Positions 9,801-19,594 of a stretch of DNA of 64,000 nt are shown here, in pieces. Below the pieces are notes generated by a model. It had not been told where the DNA came from and ran no database searches. It saw only the letters and a list, made by a program, of their open reading frames with translations. Location of the stretch: positions 32,001 through 96,000 of the IMG/VR virus record IMGVR_UViG_3300032239_001501; one strand, 5' to 3'. Every line of letters starts with the position of its first letter. Position 1 is the first letter of the stretch. Made by a program: the position numbers and the translations under genes. The DNA is from a virus. Lineage: Duplodnaviria > Caudoviricetes.

Positions 9801-11898
9801 TATCAACAAGAACATTTAATACTGAAGGATGATCAACAACTATTTTCCAAGTAAGACTACCACTTCTACTTGTATTATTGTAAGTGTAAATTGGCTCAGG
9901 TCTTCCAATAAAATCAGTATTTTTCCAGTTAGCGGTAACTGATTCTGTAAATGTTAATCCATATGGAGGAAACCACATTACTCTACCACCATTAGGTCCT
10001 CTTTCACAAATAGCCAAATCTGAAACAGAATATCCTGGTGTATTAGATGTTCTCCAAGCAAGATTTTCTAACGAAAACATATATTTTTTAGCATATGATA
10101 GACTATTTGTTCCGATAAGATTTGTTGAATCTTGTCCACCTTCTTGTTTGTTTGGATAGATATTTAAGTTCCATGTTTTATCCATGACAGAATATGAAAA
10201 CTTTCTACCTTCAGTTGTCATACCATTTCTTTTCTGAAGATCATTGTATTGTAAATAAGGAACGTCTTTAGTAAACACACGACAGTATTCAGTACCAACT
10301 TCTTGTCCAATTGACCCAACATACTTCAATACTCTAGAACCCTTTGTAATCTCTCTATAACCATCATTAAAGACCTTACTAACTTGGTCTATAGCATTAC
10401 CAACATGTTGTAATCTTCTTGCTCCTGCAGGTTGGCTATTGATTAATCTTTGAGTATCATCAAGTATTGAACCTTCAGTATATGTTTGATTTGTTGATTC
10501 AGTCTTATCATATGATGATGGTCTAAAGTCCGAATCTTGTCTAATAATTTCTCCTCTAATTCCAACATATTTTCCCGCATTACCTTTATACTTTGGTGAT
10601 ACCCATGTAAAACCGCCTTCAATACCACCACCATTACCATATGTTGGTCCATTAGCTCCAAGTTTACTTTCTTTATCTGGACCCTCATATAGTGCCGCAA
10701 GTTCACTAGGACCGTAAACAGGTGATTGAACTTCTTGTCCAAATTGGTTTACTGGTATATCACCTCCAGGTGAAAATACTCTTGATGGATCTGATGTTCT
10801 TGACCCTACATAAAAATTACTATTATTGGTTGTAGATCCAACTAAAGCCCCACCAACTCTATCAAATAAAGTTCTTTGATAATCTGGCTTATATTTGTTG
10901 TAGTCAATATTTCCAAATAATCTGGATTTTTGACCACCACCTGTATTGTTTAGGAATAATTGTGAACCTGTTTTATCTCCACCTAACAATCTGCTAAATC
11001 CTTTACCAACAGATGTTTTAAGAAACGCAGCACTTAATTGTTGTATTGTTGTTGGTTGTCCTGAATTGATACTTGCATCAAAATAAGAACCTGGTATTGT
11101 TGATGTTGGTATTGTACTACCAGCAAGTCTTAAAGCAAAATCTGTTGCTGCAATTATTGGATTTGATGGAGCGGTGATAGTATAGTTAGGTTCAATTAAT
11201 GGAACTCTTCCTGTCACTAAATTCAAAACATCGGTTCCACTTCTTACATTAAAGACATTAGCTCTTCCAACTGTTTGTTGATAAATTCCTGTTGCAATTC
11301 TTTCTTCAAACCCCTTTCTTAATCTTGAAGCACCTAAACGAGCAAGATATGAGTCAGAACTTAATGTTCCATTACTACCTTGTGGATCAGGACTTAATAA
11401 AATTGAAACCGGTCCATAAGATGATGGATTAAAATTTGGATATGGTTGGTTATTATAATACCTTAAACTACCATTAGCATCAATAGTTTCTAATGATTGT
11501 ACAAATTCTGCACCATCATACAGTTGTTCACTACCGTTACCAAAAGCATTAACTTTTCTCCAATTTTTTGATTCTGGTTCTGCTTCACTTAAAATATTTG
11601 CATCTTGAAACCCATATTCCCCATTATTTGATACTGAGTTAGTATTACCTATTGGATCTGGAACTTGTTTGTACCCACCTTCATTACCCCATCTATTAAG
11701 TGGATATAATTTATTTGCAAATGATGGTTCATCTATTAATTGGTCAGGACTATCAATTACTGAAGTATCTGACTGTATATATTCGTAGTTATTTGGTGGC
11801 GTAGGTCTATTAGGAGCCTTAGCATAAGGTGTTAAGTTTCTCGTAATGAGTTTCTTTCTAAAAACTTCTGAATTAACTAAATCTAATGGACTCCCCAT
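6871..11898 (-). CDS. Large baseplate/tail tube-initiator-like protein with an OmpA-C-like inserted domain
   Basis: FPPYGLTFTESVTANWKNTDFIGRPEPIYTY and PPVLVLRVGDFY resemble gp48/gp54/CIS tube-initiator folds; directly follows the tape measure gene; OmpA-like motifs at ~8940-9520. Confidence 0.65.
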   Translation of the reverse strand: MGSPLDLVNSEVFRKKLITRNLTPYAKAPNRPTPPNNYEYIQSDTSVIDSPDQLIDEPSFANKLYPLNRWGNEGGYKQVPDPIGNTNSVSNNGEYGFQDANILSEAEPESKNWRKVNAFGNGSEQLYDGAEFVQSLETIDANGSLRYYNNQPYPNFNPSSYGPVSILLSPDPQGSNGTLSSDSYLARLGASRLRKGFEERIATGIYQQTVGRANVFNVRSGTDVLNLVTGRVPLIEPNYTITAPSNPIIAATDFALRLAGSTIPTSTIPGSYFDASINSGQPTTIQQLSAAFLKTSVGKGFSRLLGGDKTGSQLFLNNTGGGQKSRLFGNIDYNKYKPDYQRTLFDRVGGALVGSTTNNSNFYVGSRTSDPSRVFSPGGDIPVNQFGQEVQSPVYGPSELAALYEGPDKESKLGANGPTYGNGGGIEGGFTWVSPKYKGNAGKYVGIRGEIIRQDSDFRPSSYDKTESTNQTYTEGSILDDTQRLINSQPAGARRLQHVGNAIDQVSKVFNDGYREITKGSRVLKYVGSIGQEVGTEYCRVFTKDVPYLQYNDLQKRNGMTTEGRKFSYSVMDKTWNLNIYPNKQEGGQDSTNLIGTNSLSYAKKYMFSLENLAWRTSNTPGYSVSDLAICERGPNGGRVMWFPPYGLTFTESVTANWKNTDFIGRPEPIYTYNNTSRSGSLTWKIVVDHPSVLNVLVDKVLKNETNRPRIDSIIDSFFAGCRTYDLYELAKKYVTINPNDLYELQQMISSKEMTKEQLTYAVKTIQTGVKSDPQTQPVAPNNSTNPFENFDNFGFYFDNDIPKTQELVANYNSEYDTYSSNVLSGSYTKQTTASVTQSFFNSVVTPNYTEIKNLCTLIKNQIEQNKSGEGNITIIIEASCSAPASSSYNKQLATRRIYSAIQYFKTNPDTAQYYNNKLIVTSGTAFGEEASVLQYDDQTKKFIKGTTISCTDNDANAKGGDTLSQTNKIYSTTAMACRRAYISNIKSTLTQTPVQQNAQPVQQQPQPQLSNVIVGTVTPVTTTVQQIEEKWVERDNITKRVLRSLLSECNYFEAIKEDSPMVYDNLKEKLKFFQPGFHSMTPEGLNTRLTFLQQCMRPGDTIPTIKTVGQKNELQYNNATNTAFGAPPVLVLRVGDFYNTKIIPIGLQLTYEDLDINPEGIGIQPMIANVTLSFNFVGGSGLKESVDKLQNALTFNYYANTEMYDDRADVTDLSYKVIDKAWINAGPQPPGPTLNQTQDNNPQTNEATIGDILSTSGTTGTISYKKFMNNFVAETQTYFQTFVNKSKECVKQYNNAMLQNWTSSRNYVSGTFLVDTTPGKEILIVGKPDNIQKIVDNITNDYIADIESDDSATQDRFINFMSGTEKRFSPKVIRQLKMNMKNFVTNTKSSYQSAITQLNQDLVTQQQKYIQYLTRANVIPLYKSGPDTGTDGLQEKNGNITIYDISGTTNVYSTSEAADTFIEIQNDIRKIGYSVSSFYDLIVKKSKFTYESSQYTGNALYGVSSEGTTYDKDLKSKVFEPFSKDDTFQVLSFKRMYMILSAEILDDKRYQTFKNAIIGDIIKNTDIIGSGSSDISAQFDAYWIGIAKPLFSKENTITTAFFDSLEKGQLKDYINYTPFGVKDRLFTFEKSTSPTASQTTMITGLGRVLANTDKNSWNNNDGKPSVYVSKLKLN

Positions 11899-11947
11899 TT
11901 AATGTTTTTATTATAAATAGGTTAATTGGTATTTTTCTGATGATGAA

Positions 11948-13798
11948 TTATTTTGTCTTTTCTAATTCTTTGTTTTTTTGTTGGACATATGAGTATATCA
12001 TTTTTTTAAAATTTTCACTCTTAAGCAATTGTTCAAGATATTGAGTGCTAACTCCAGATGGTGCGTCTATTTTAACTGTAAATGTAACATCATCTTTAGA
12101 TGTTCTATTTGTTTCATTTACAGCAGATGTTAATGTTTGATTTGGATTTGATGCTTTATCTAATGATTCTGTTCCGTATAAACTAAGATTAGTTGATTTC
12201 GCATTTGCTGCGTTTGCAGTTGCGGCAGTAACACCTGATTTAGGTTTTTCTGATTTACCCTCTACAATATTTTTTAATTCATCCATTGCCGCCATAGACA
12301 TTTTACCAATTTCACCACTTTTATATCCTAAATTTTTGTCTTTTAAACTATTATAAATTTGTTTAGTTACCTGTTCTAAAGTTGCCGTAACATCTTTTCC
12401 TTGATCTTTAAACTTAGTACCCAATTCTGCAAAAACTTCTCCATATGATTTTTTACCTTCATATAGTTCTGATGCGGCATCTCTAATCGCGTCCGAAGCT
12501 TTTTCAAAAAATTGTTTATTGAAAATTTCAGATTTACCTAACTTATCAGATGCAATTCCAGTTGGAATTGTAATTGTTTTCCTTAAAGACTCCATATTAT
12601 CTTTAACAAAAGAAGTTGAAACTGCACCTCTAACAACCGCTTCTTTAATTGCTGCAACATCATTCGCCACAAGATCACTAGTTTTTAGTGATGCCCTTGC
12701 AATGTCTTCCATTGATTTTGGAGATTCTTTTTGTTCTTTAATTAACTTATCAAACTCCTCTTGTGTTACTTCACTTAATTTTTTTGTTGCATCCATTCCT
12801 GATGCATCTCTTATTTTAACAACATATTCTCCAGAAGCATCCATTTCAGACAAATTAGATAAAAATTGTTTGTCTGATTCATCTTTAAATTTAAGACTTG
12901 GACTAATTTGTGATAATCTTTTATCTGTTTCGGCAGCAGCTAATCCCATTTTGGTCAATGTACCTGCAGCTAAACCAGATTCTTTTTCCATCTCTTTCAA
13001 AGTAAGAATACCTTGAGGATTAATTTTAAATGTTTTTGATTTATCATCAAAATATGTAAATTGTTTTGCCACATTAGCCAAACTATCTTGTAAAGCTCCT
13101 GGATCATTAATTGACGCATTCATTAAAGCAAATGGGTCTGCAAGAGCCCCTGCAGATACTCCAAGTCTTTGAAAAGCCGACGCCATGTTAATTGCCGCCT
13201 CAGGATTCATCATTTTTTCTGCAAAACCAAGAGCAAAACTCATATCCACTCTAAGCATAGAAGCTCTTGCAGCCATTTTAGTCATTCCTTGAACTCCACC
13301 TTCAAAATTAAATTGATTAAGTTGTGATGCATTCTCAGTTACTTGTTTCATCACTGCTTTGGTATTCAATCCCAAGTCGCTTACAGTTGAAACTGATTTC
13401 TCTAATTCACCACCAATAACTCCAAATTGAATACCAACATCCGTAAATTTAGTAACAATATCTGAAACATCACCCCCTAAAACTTGAGTTGTAGCATATA
13501 ATTTGGCAACACTATCTGCAGAAGCTAATGTTTGTTTTTTTGTTGCATCAGCAATCGCAACCATTGCATCAGTAGTATCTTTAAAATCAGCCCCAAGTCT
13601 TCTCATTCTTGGTGCCGCTTCACTAACCGCAGTCATCATTTCACCAACCCTTGCTCGTGAAGAAGCAAATGCTCCTGTCATTTCATTGGCAGCTTTAGTC
13701 ATTTCTTGAGCTGATTTAATAAACTCCTTAGCACTAAAATTAGCAGCTTCCGCCATTTTTTCACTAAATCCTTCTGTTGTTGATTTGTCGTCAGCCAT
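11948..13798 (-). CDS. Tail tape measure protein
   Basis: Ala/Lys/Met-rich helical 616-aa protein directly after the tail assembly chaperone, in canonical sheath-tube-chaperone-TMP order. Confidence 0.75.
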   Translation of the reverse strand: MADDKSTTEGFSEKMAEAANFSAKEFIKSAQEMTKAANEMTGAFASSRARVGEMMTAVSEAAPRMRRLGADFKDTTDAMVAIADATKKQTLASADSVAKLYATTQVLGGDVSDIVTKFTDVGIQFGVIGGELEKSVSTVSDLGLNTKAVMKQVTENASQLNQFNFEGGVQGMTKMAARASMLRVDMSFALGFAEKMMNPEAAINMASAFQRLGVSAGALADPFALMNASINDPGALQDSLANVAKQFTYFDDKSKTFKINPQGILTLKEMEKESGLAAGTLTKMGLAAAETDKRLSQISPSLKFKDESDKQFLSNLSEMDASGEYVVKIRDASGMDATKKLSEVTQEEFDKLIKEQKESPKSMEDIARASLKTSDLVANDVAAIKEAVVRGAVSTSFVKDNMESLRKTITIPTGIASDKLGKSEIFNKQFFEKASDAIRDAASELYEGKKSYGEVFAELGTKFKDQGKDVTATLEQVTKQIYNSLKDKNLGYKSGEIGKMSMAAMDELKNIVEGKSEKPKSGVTAATANAANAKSTNLSLYGTESLDKASNPNQTLTSAVNETNRTSKDDVTFTVKIDAPSGVSTQYLEQLLKSENFKKMIYSYVQQKNKELEKTK

Positions 13799-13820
13799 TG
13801 AAATGTTTTATTATAAATAG

Positions 13821-13851
13821 AAGAAGGACTAATTTTTTTTTAGTCCTTCTT
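13821..13851 (-). terminator. Stem-loop, probable intrinsic terminator after the chaperone extension ORF
   Basis: Perfect 12-bp inverted repeat AAGAAGGACTAA / TTAGTCCTTCTT with a 7-nt loop; contains the TAA at 13840-13842. Confidence 0.65.
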
Positions 13852-13992
13852 GTTATTTTCAACCCATTTGTCTAATAGATATTTTCTTACAAATATGGGC
13901 ATTCGTTCAAAATCTTGCCATGTAATCTTGAGTAGTGTATTCAAATAAAAAAACTCATCAAGTTGTCCTTTTCTATAATCAGAAGAAAGGAC
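13840..13992 (-). CDS. Tail assembly chaperone C-terminal extension (gp51/gpT/gpE'-like), probably made by +1 frameshift
   Basis: 50 open codons, VLSSDYRKGQLDEFFYLNTLLKITWQDFERMPIFVRKYLLDKWVENNKKD, in the +1 frame of 13979..14722. It fills the gap to the TMP gene and has no ATG until codon 31. Confidence 0.75.
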   Translation of the reverse strand, partial: VLSSDYRKGQLDEFFYLNTLLKITWQDFERMPIFVRKYLLDKWVENNKKD

Positions 13993-14722
13993 GAAAAAAC
14001 TCCACCCCAAAACCGACGTTAACTGTCAGTCTATCTCCTGATGGGGTTGTTACTATTCGGTTCATGTCTAATCTTGGTTCATTTTCATCCATAAAATTTC
14101 TGATGAATTTTGAATCCATAATTGGCATTTGTTCAATAAATTTAGATATTTCTCCTCTTCCAGTATTTCCATCAACTTCAACAATTTGTTTTTCAAGTCT
14201 CCAAGTTACTTTAGGTACTGTTCTTCCTTGTGGATATAATTCACTCATTTTAGATATATTCATAACCTCACCATAAGTCATAGGTCTTAACTTAACAACA
14301 CTATTTGATTTTGGAAGAGTTACCAAGAATGTACCATCTTCTAACGGTTCTTGACCTTTAACAACATTAAGTTCATCTAAAACAACTGTTGTTTGAAATG
14401 GTTTTTTTGTTGCTGGATCAGTAACGTTAATTGTTAATTCGGGTCCAAAAGAAGTATTTCTTAAGAAGATTAGAATTGCTTCAACATCTCCTTCCAATAA
14501 ATCTTCAACTTTAATATCGGGTTCATATAACTTACCTTTAATTAAATTAGTAGTTACATCGTCTCCTCCTGCCATTAAAATATTTTCATCAGATGCGGTC
14601 AAATAACCAATCTTAACTGATTTCTTTTTGTTTTTGTAAAAAATTCCTTGTGATGGCAATGGAACCACATCATGAGGAAGTGTGAAATTCTGTTGTGCGT
14701 AATTTTGTGTTTGATTGTCCAT
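13979..14722 (-). CDS. Tail assembly chaperone / baseplate hub assembly protein (T4 gp26-like)
   Basis: N-terminal VPLPSQGIFY...YLTASDENIL and C-terminal VEFF; lies between the tube and TMP genes. Confidence 0.75.
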   Translation of the reverse strand: MDNQTQNYAQQNFTLPHDVVPLPSQGIFYKNKKKSVKIGYLTASDENILMAGGDDVTTNLIKGKLYEPDIKVEDLLEGDVEAILIFLRNTSFGPELTINVTDPATKKPFQTTVVLDELNVVKGQEPLEDGTFLVTLPKSNSVVKLRPMTYGEVMNISKMSELYPQGRTVPKVTWRLEKQIVEVDGNTGRGEISKFIEQMPIMDSKFIRNFMDENEPRLDMNRIVTTPSGDRLTVNVGFGVEFFRPFF

Positions 14723-14724
14723 AT

Positions 14725-14761
14725 AAAAAAAATAACCGTAAAGTTTATGCCTTTACGGTTA
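14725..14761 (-). terminator. Intrinsic terminator after the tail tube gene
   Basis: 11-bp inverted repeat TAACCGTAAAG / CTTTACGGTTA followed by a T8 tract on the minus strand. Confidence 0.8.
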
Positions 14762-14807
14762 AATATAATTTAAATTTGTTTTTTATAAATATTAAAATAT
14801 TAAAATA

Positions 14808-15296
14808 TTAATAAACAAGTACACATCTATCCATTCTTAATGAAGCTGAAATATCAGCAAGAGCATCAGTTGAATATCCAAGAGTACCAAAATCCACACT
14901 TGTTAAGAAGGTTCCATAAAGAATCCACTTTTCAACAACTACTCCTGTTGGGTCCAACATCTCCAAATCAATGTCTTTCTTATAACCTGCAGCATATCCC
15001 ATACGACCTGTTACAGACTCAGCATGTAAACGAACCCACTCCATAAGAGCTTGAGATGCTGAAGGTCCAATCGGGTCTCTAAATTTAACCGAAATTTCAT
15101 CCCAATTAAATCTACCAGCAACAAATGTTGATGTATTTAAAAATTGTATTTCTGTTGAAGCAATTTTGATAGACGGTCTTTTTGCGCTTTCCACAAACCA
15201 TTCATTTATTCCTAAACTTGAAGGAAACCTCAAGATGAATCGGTTTTGACGTTTCGGTTCGTAAGGAATCGGCATTTTCATTAGTAAATCAGCCAT
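14808..15296 (-). CDS. Tail tube protein (T4 gp19-like)
   Basis: YEPKRQNRF, FVAGRFNWDEISVKF, ALMEW, YKKDIDLEMLDPTG..VEKW motifs; 162 aa, downstream of the sheath. Confidence 0.9.
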   Translation of the reverse strand: MADLLMKMPIPYEPKRQNRFILRFPSSLGINEWFVESAKRPSIKIASTEIQFLNTSTFVAGRFNWDEISVKFRDPIGPSASQALMEWVRLHAESVTGRMGYAAGYKKDIDLEMLDPTGVVVEKWILYGTFLTSVDFGTLGYSTDALADISASLRMDRCVLVY

Positions 15297-15402
15297 GTTA
15301 TTTAAATTTTGTTTTTTTTTATTTTATATATTATAAATATAGTCTTCTTAAAAATATTTCTATTTACTTTATTTTAAAAAAGAATATTCATTATTTATAT
15401 TC

Positions 15403-16230
15403 TCATTTATATTCTTTCTTAGATCCTCCAGCAGTAGAATAAGTTTTAACTATATTATCTGGTTTATCTTTAAAATGCTTACTTATCTTTTCTACATTCT
15501 TTATATCATCATCTGAAAATCCTATTTTAGGTTTATCTGGTATAAAATTATTACTTATATCTTTTTTCAGAAATGCTTTTTTATTAAGAAATGCTGCAAG
15601 ACCTTTAACATAATCCACAAATTCGTCCATTGCCATAACTTTTAATTCTTCAGGACTAGCAGCACCATTTGTAGTTCCAAAAGAAACTGGATGGTATTTG
15701 TTAAGTTCTAAATATGACCTAATTAAATCATCATCAGACATATCTTGTTCATCCGCAAATGTTCTATACTTCCTAAGATTTTTAACTAATTGGGCTTTAT
15801 CTATACCACCAAAACCATTTATTATATAATTATAAATTGCTTGTTTTAATGTATTTGGATTGTGACCTCTTGCAGTGATTATTGAAAAAATTGAACCGTT
15901 ATTTATTGCCTCTTTAAAATCATCAAATGCTGGTCCTTTTTTAGCCGTCATGGCATCTATTAAAAAATCTTTATCACCTTCAGTTCTAAAGTTTCTAAAT
16001 GGATTATCTGCATACCCAACAATTTTTTCACCTTTATAATCTATAGGTTTTTTACCTAAATCATGTCTATATTTGGCAAAATCATCAGTACTCATTCCAA
16101 TTTCATCACCATCTTCAGTTTTTACCATAATTTTGGTAGGCATATTAACAATATTATCATCCCAATCAAAGGCGTAATATTTCATATCTGGTGTATGTTC
16201 TGACTTAAATCCTTCTACTATTCTTTTCAT
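15403..16230 (-). CDS. HAD-superfamily hydrolase/phosphatase-like protein
   Basis: HAD motif I YAFDWDDNI, motif II IITARG, motif IV GFSDDD. Confidence 0.6.
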   Translation of the reverse strand: MKRIVEGFKSEHTPDMKYYAFDWDDNIVNMPTKIMVKTEDGDEIGMSTDDFAKYRHDLGKKPIDYKGEKIVGYADNPFRNFRTEGDKDFLIDAMTAKKGPAFDDFKEAINNGSIFSIITARGHNPNTLKQAIYNYIINGFGGIDKAQLVKNLRKYRTFADEQDMSDDDLIRSYLELNKYHPVSFGTTNGAASPEELKVMAMDEFVDYVKGLAAFLNKKAFLKKDISNNFIPDKPKIGFSDDDIKNVEKISKHFKDKPDNIVKTYSTAGGSKKEYK

Positions 16231-16237
16231 ATTGGCT

Positions 16238-16266
16238 AATAAAGGGGGAAGTTAATCTTCCCCCTT
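16238..16266 (-). terminator. Intrinsic terminator after the tail sheath gene
   Basis: 10-bp inverted repeat AAGGGGGAAG / CTTCCCCCTT with a 5-nt loop, followed by TATT on the minus strand. Confidence 0.75.
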
Positions 16267-16273
16267 ACATGTT

Positions 16274-19200
16274 TTAAATATTTTCAAACGAAGCTCCTGT
16301 TGGAGTGATAAAGAATTCAATATCTATGAATTCTAAAGCCTTCGTTGGTTTAAGGTATATTTTACCCACTAATCTATTCGCATCTAAATCTTCAGGGGTT
16401 GAAGAAACTGTTACACGGAAATCGTATAAACCTCTATCTCTTCTAATTGAATCTAAGATTGGGTTAACACTATCTAAGAATTGTTGTCTAACGATTTGAT
16501 CGTTTTGTTCAAACAATAATCTTACAGCCACTGCAGATATTAATTTACGAGCTTGTAATAATAATCTTCTTACATTTAATCTATTTAATGCGGTATCAGC
16601 AACTTGTAATGTTTTATTACCCCAAATTACTGTTCCAACATCAGAGAAAGTAGCAATAGGATTAATTCTACCTTGATACAATGTATCTCTATTTTCTTGT
16701 GTTAGTTTTTGTCTAGCTTTAATTGAATTAACAAGACCTCTTGTGTAACCCGCTGATGCGAACCAAGGAAATGCTATGTTATCTGTCAAAGCCAAGTTTC
16801 TACAAACTTCACCTGTTGCAGGTAAATAAATTTGTGTATTATTAACTGTATCTCTTGTTAAGATCCAAGGATAGTAAGTTGCTGTGTAGTTTGAATCAAT
16901 TCCTGTGTTGTTTAAGTTATCAACTGCTTCTTGAGAATAGATAATATCATATTGACTTGAAGCATCTGGTGTAAACATATTATAGTCAGGAGTTGTTACA
17001 ATATAAACTGAGTCAGCTCTTGAATATTGAATCATATCAATAGCTTCTTCACATAAGTTAGAGTTATTAACATAATCTATACTTGCAGTTGCAAATATAT
17101 TAATATTTGTTGATTCAGGATTTGCAAAACTAAGAATACCAAGTAAGTAAGCGTAGTAGTCAGTATTTCCAAAGTCCTGAGTGTTATTTTGTACTACGAT
17201 TCTTTTGAATAAACCTTCACCCGTTGCGTTTGGATATCTTGAAGAAGGATATGCTCCCGCTAAATAACCACTTGAACCTAATTGGAAATTATCTGTATTT
17301 GTTCTGTGTTCTCTGTATATATCCCATCCGTCAAATCCACCAGCAAAACATACTGTGTATTTTCTTGAGTAAATAAAGTAATAAGGATTTTCTTGAGATT
17401 CAGGGTCAAATCTAAAATCAGCAGTACCACACTCAAAAGCAGTTTGACCACTTGTTTGGTAAGTATTTGCAATTGTTACAACTGTTGCTCCAGAATCCAT
17501 GTGAAAACCTTTACTTTGAACATTCCAAGGTACTGCTTCTTGTGTTGGATTTGAAATCCAACTAGCTGGTGTTTGTTTTCCTTTATAAGTTAAGAATGAT
17601 TCATCAACACCGTATTGAGTTGAAAATCCTAAATAAGCTCTTCTAACAATATCTCCAGCAGATTCAGTTGTATTTGCAGAACCACCAAATGGAGGATCGG
17701 TAATTGTTTCACCAGGGTAAAAATATTTTGTTTTATATTGAATATATGGTGAAGGATAATCAGAAAGATTGTAATATTCTCTTTGAATATAACCACGGAA
17801 TCCACAAGGAATTGCATCTATAGGTGCTCCATCAGCCATTTCAACCATAATATATTTTGAAATCAAAGCGTATTCACCATTTGAAGTACCAATTTTAACA
17901 CCAATGAAGTTGTTAGAACCTGGATCCATATTACAATTAGTGAATTTTTCAATTACAACAGGAGCAGCATCTGTATCATAAAAATTTCTAATCAATACAT
18001 CAAATGACATATTATTAAATGAAAGATTTGCAATTGAAACTTTAACTTCCATATTTGCAGAATCTCCATCAGAAATTGATATAAATTTAAATAAATTATA
18101 AACTTTATTACCTCTTAATTCTGAAACAAAAAATGGTGTTTCAGGTGATTGGTATCTTTCCAAATTATATGCTATTGATGTATTATCTTCACTTCTAGCA
18201 TCTGGAAGGTCAATCAAAGAACAATTTAATCCTTTAATATATCCTTTTTGATATGCAATATTTAAAGATGATTGATAAGATTCTTCAACAAATACAGGTA
18301 CTGTATATCTTGATTTACCAAAGTTATCAACACCAAATACTTTTGTAATGTATTTTGAAGAAGAAGCCAATAATGAAGTCTCAAATTGGAATGTTGTATT
18401 ATCTTTAGTTGCACCTGATAATAAGAATGTTCCATAAGGATTTGTACTTACTCCAGAATACGAACCATCACAAACCATAGTTAATCCTGTTGTTTCATAT
18501 TTAGGTCCGTGATTTTCAGAATCGGCATTGTTAGTGTATTCTGAAATACCTCTTGAACGTAATGTAGCAACAACCATGTTGTTATATTCACTATAAGCAG
18601 TTCCTGAGAAAGTATATATAGTTCCTGATATTACACCTGTGTATGAATCACCAGAACCTGATACTACTGAACTAACAACATAATCAAAAGAATAACCTGA
18701 ATAATTATCCGCAGAGTAGTTATCAAAGTTTGCATAATACCAAGGATCATTTGAACCTGAACTTAAATCATTATATTCTATATCTCCATCTCCTGGTACT
18801 CCATAAACATTTTCAATATTTGAATATACACTTACCAACGAATACCAATCATCTGCAGGTATTGAACCATAAATTACACATGTATTACCAGAAGCGTTTA
18901 AAGTATCTGTGATATTACTAATGTAATAATTAAAATCACGTTCTAAAGTTGAGACACTTCCATCACTTAATCTATATTGACTAGTATAACTATCCTGCAT
19001 TGTTAAAGGTAAAGTTGATGTATCTAATGTTACAGTATTTGCAGAATTACTACCTGTAAAAGCAGCAGTAAATACAGTTCCAGCAGAAGCTGCCGTAAAC
19101 CCAATAGTTAAAGGGTCAACGTTAGCAGTTACGGTGATTGTCCAAGAAGGACCTGCATCGTATCCCGATAAACCCAATACTCTTGTTACAAAAAGTTGGT

Positions 19201-19474
19201 TTGATTGTTGCAAATATGATTTAGCGATATAAGCAGCCTCATATTTTGGAATTTGTGTGTTCACAAATTTAACGGGTTCCGTTCCACCAAAATAGGCTTG
19301 GAACTCATCGTAGTTAGTTATGAAAATTGGTTCAAAAGCTGGGCCCTTAATTGTTTCCCCAACTATGCCTAACGTCGTTACACCTACACTTTGAGCGACG
19401 AATGATAAGTCCGTTTCTGATGTGTATACTCCAGGTGATACGTATACTTTTTTGTTTGCTTGTGCTGTTGCCAT
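16274..19474 (-). CDS. Contractile tail sheath protein (T4 gp18-like)
   Basis: SPGVYTSETDLS N-terminus; YYPW, PWFASAGYTRG, LYQGRINPI, IWGNKTL, LNVRRLL, LFEQND, IYLKPTKALEFI. Confidence 0.95.
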   Translation of the reverse strand: MATAQANKKVYVSPGVYTSETDLSFVAQSVGVTTLGIVGETIKGPAFEPIFITNYDEFQAYFGGTEPVKFVNTQIPKYEAAYIAKSYLQQSNQLFVTRVLGLSGYDAGPSWTITVTANVDPLTIGFTAASAGTVFTAAFTGSNSANTVTLDTSTLPLTMQDSYTSQYRLSDGSVSTLERDFNYYISNITDTLNASGNTCVIYGSIPADDWYSLVSVYSNIENVYGVPGDGDIEYNDLSSGSNDPWYYANFDNYSADNYSGYSFDYVVSSVVSGSGDSYTGVISGTIYTFSGTAYSEYNNMVVATLRSRGISEYTNNADSENHGPKYETTGLTMVCDGSYSGVSTNPYGTFLLSGATKDNTTFQFETSLLASSSKYITKVFGVDNFGKSRYTVPVFVEESYQSSLNIAYQKGYIKGLNCSLIDLPDARSEDNTSIAYNLERYQSPETPFFVSELRGNKVYNLFKFISISDGDSANMEVKVSIANLSFNNMSFDVLIRNFYDTDAAPVVIEKFTNCNMDPGSNNFIGVKIGTSNGEYALISKYIMVEMADGAPIDAIPCGFRGYIQREYYNLSDYPSPYIQYKTKYFYPGETITDPPFGGSANTTESAGDIVRRAYLGFSTQYGVDESFLTYKGKQTPASWISNPTQEAVPWNVQSKGFHMDSGATVVTIANTYQTSGQTAFECGTADFRFDPESQENPYYFIYSRKYTVCFAGGFDGWDIYREHRTNTDNFQLGSSGYLAGAYPSSRYPNATGEGLFKRIVVQNNTQDFGNTDYYAYLLGILSFANPESTNINIFATASIDYVNNSNLCEEAIDMIQYSRADSVYIVTTPDYNMFTPDASSQYDIIYSQEAVDNLNNTGIDSNYTATYYPWILTRDTVNNTQIYLPATGEVCRNLALTDNIAFPWFASAGYTRGLVNSIKARQKLTQENRDTLYQGRINPIATFSDVGTVIWGNKTLQVADTALNRLNVRRLLLQARKLISAVAVRLLFEQNDQIVRQQFLDSVNPILDSIRRDRGLYDFRVTVSSTPEDLDANRLVGKIYLKPTKALEFIDIEFFITPTGASFENI

Positions 19475-19594
19475 TATTAATTAGTTCTATTACAGATTTA
19501 TTTTAATGATAAATATTACGTATAAGGTGAAAAAACTTTACTTTTAGATATGTATTTGTAAACGGTATGAATTTATTCTACCTTTTTTCTCACC

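Noticed and set aside
12519-14276. Plus-strand ORFs 12519, 13503 and 13935
   Set aside because: Antisense to the TMP and chaperone genes, with no recognisable motifs or expression signals.
14785-14791. TATTTAT copy as the promoter of the chaperone gene
   Set aside because: It lies upstream of the strong terminator at 14725-14761 in a nearly pure A/T spacer and may be a chance occurrence.
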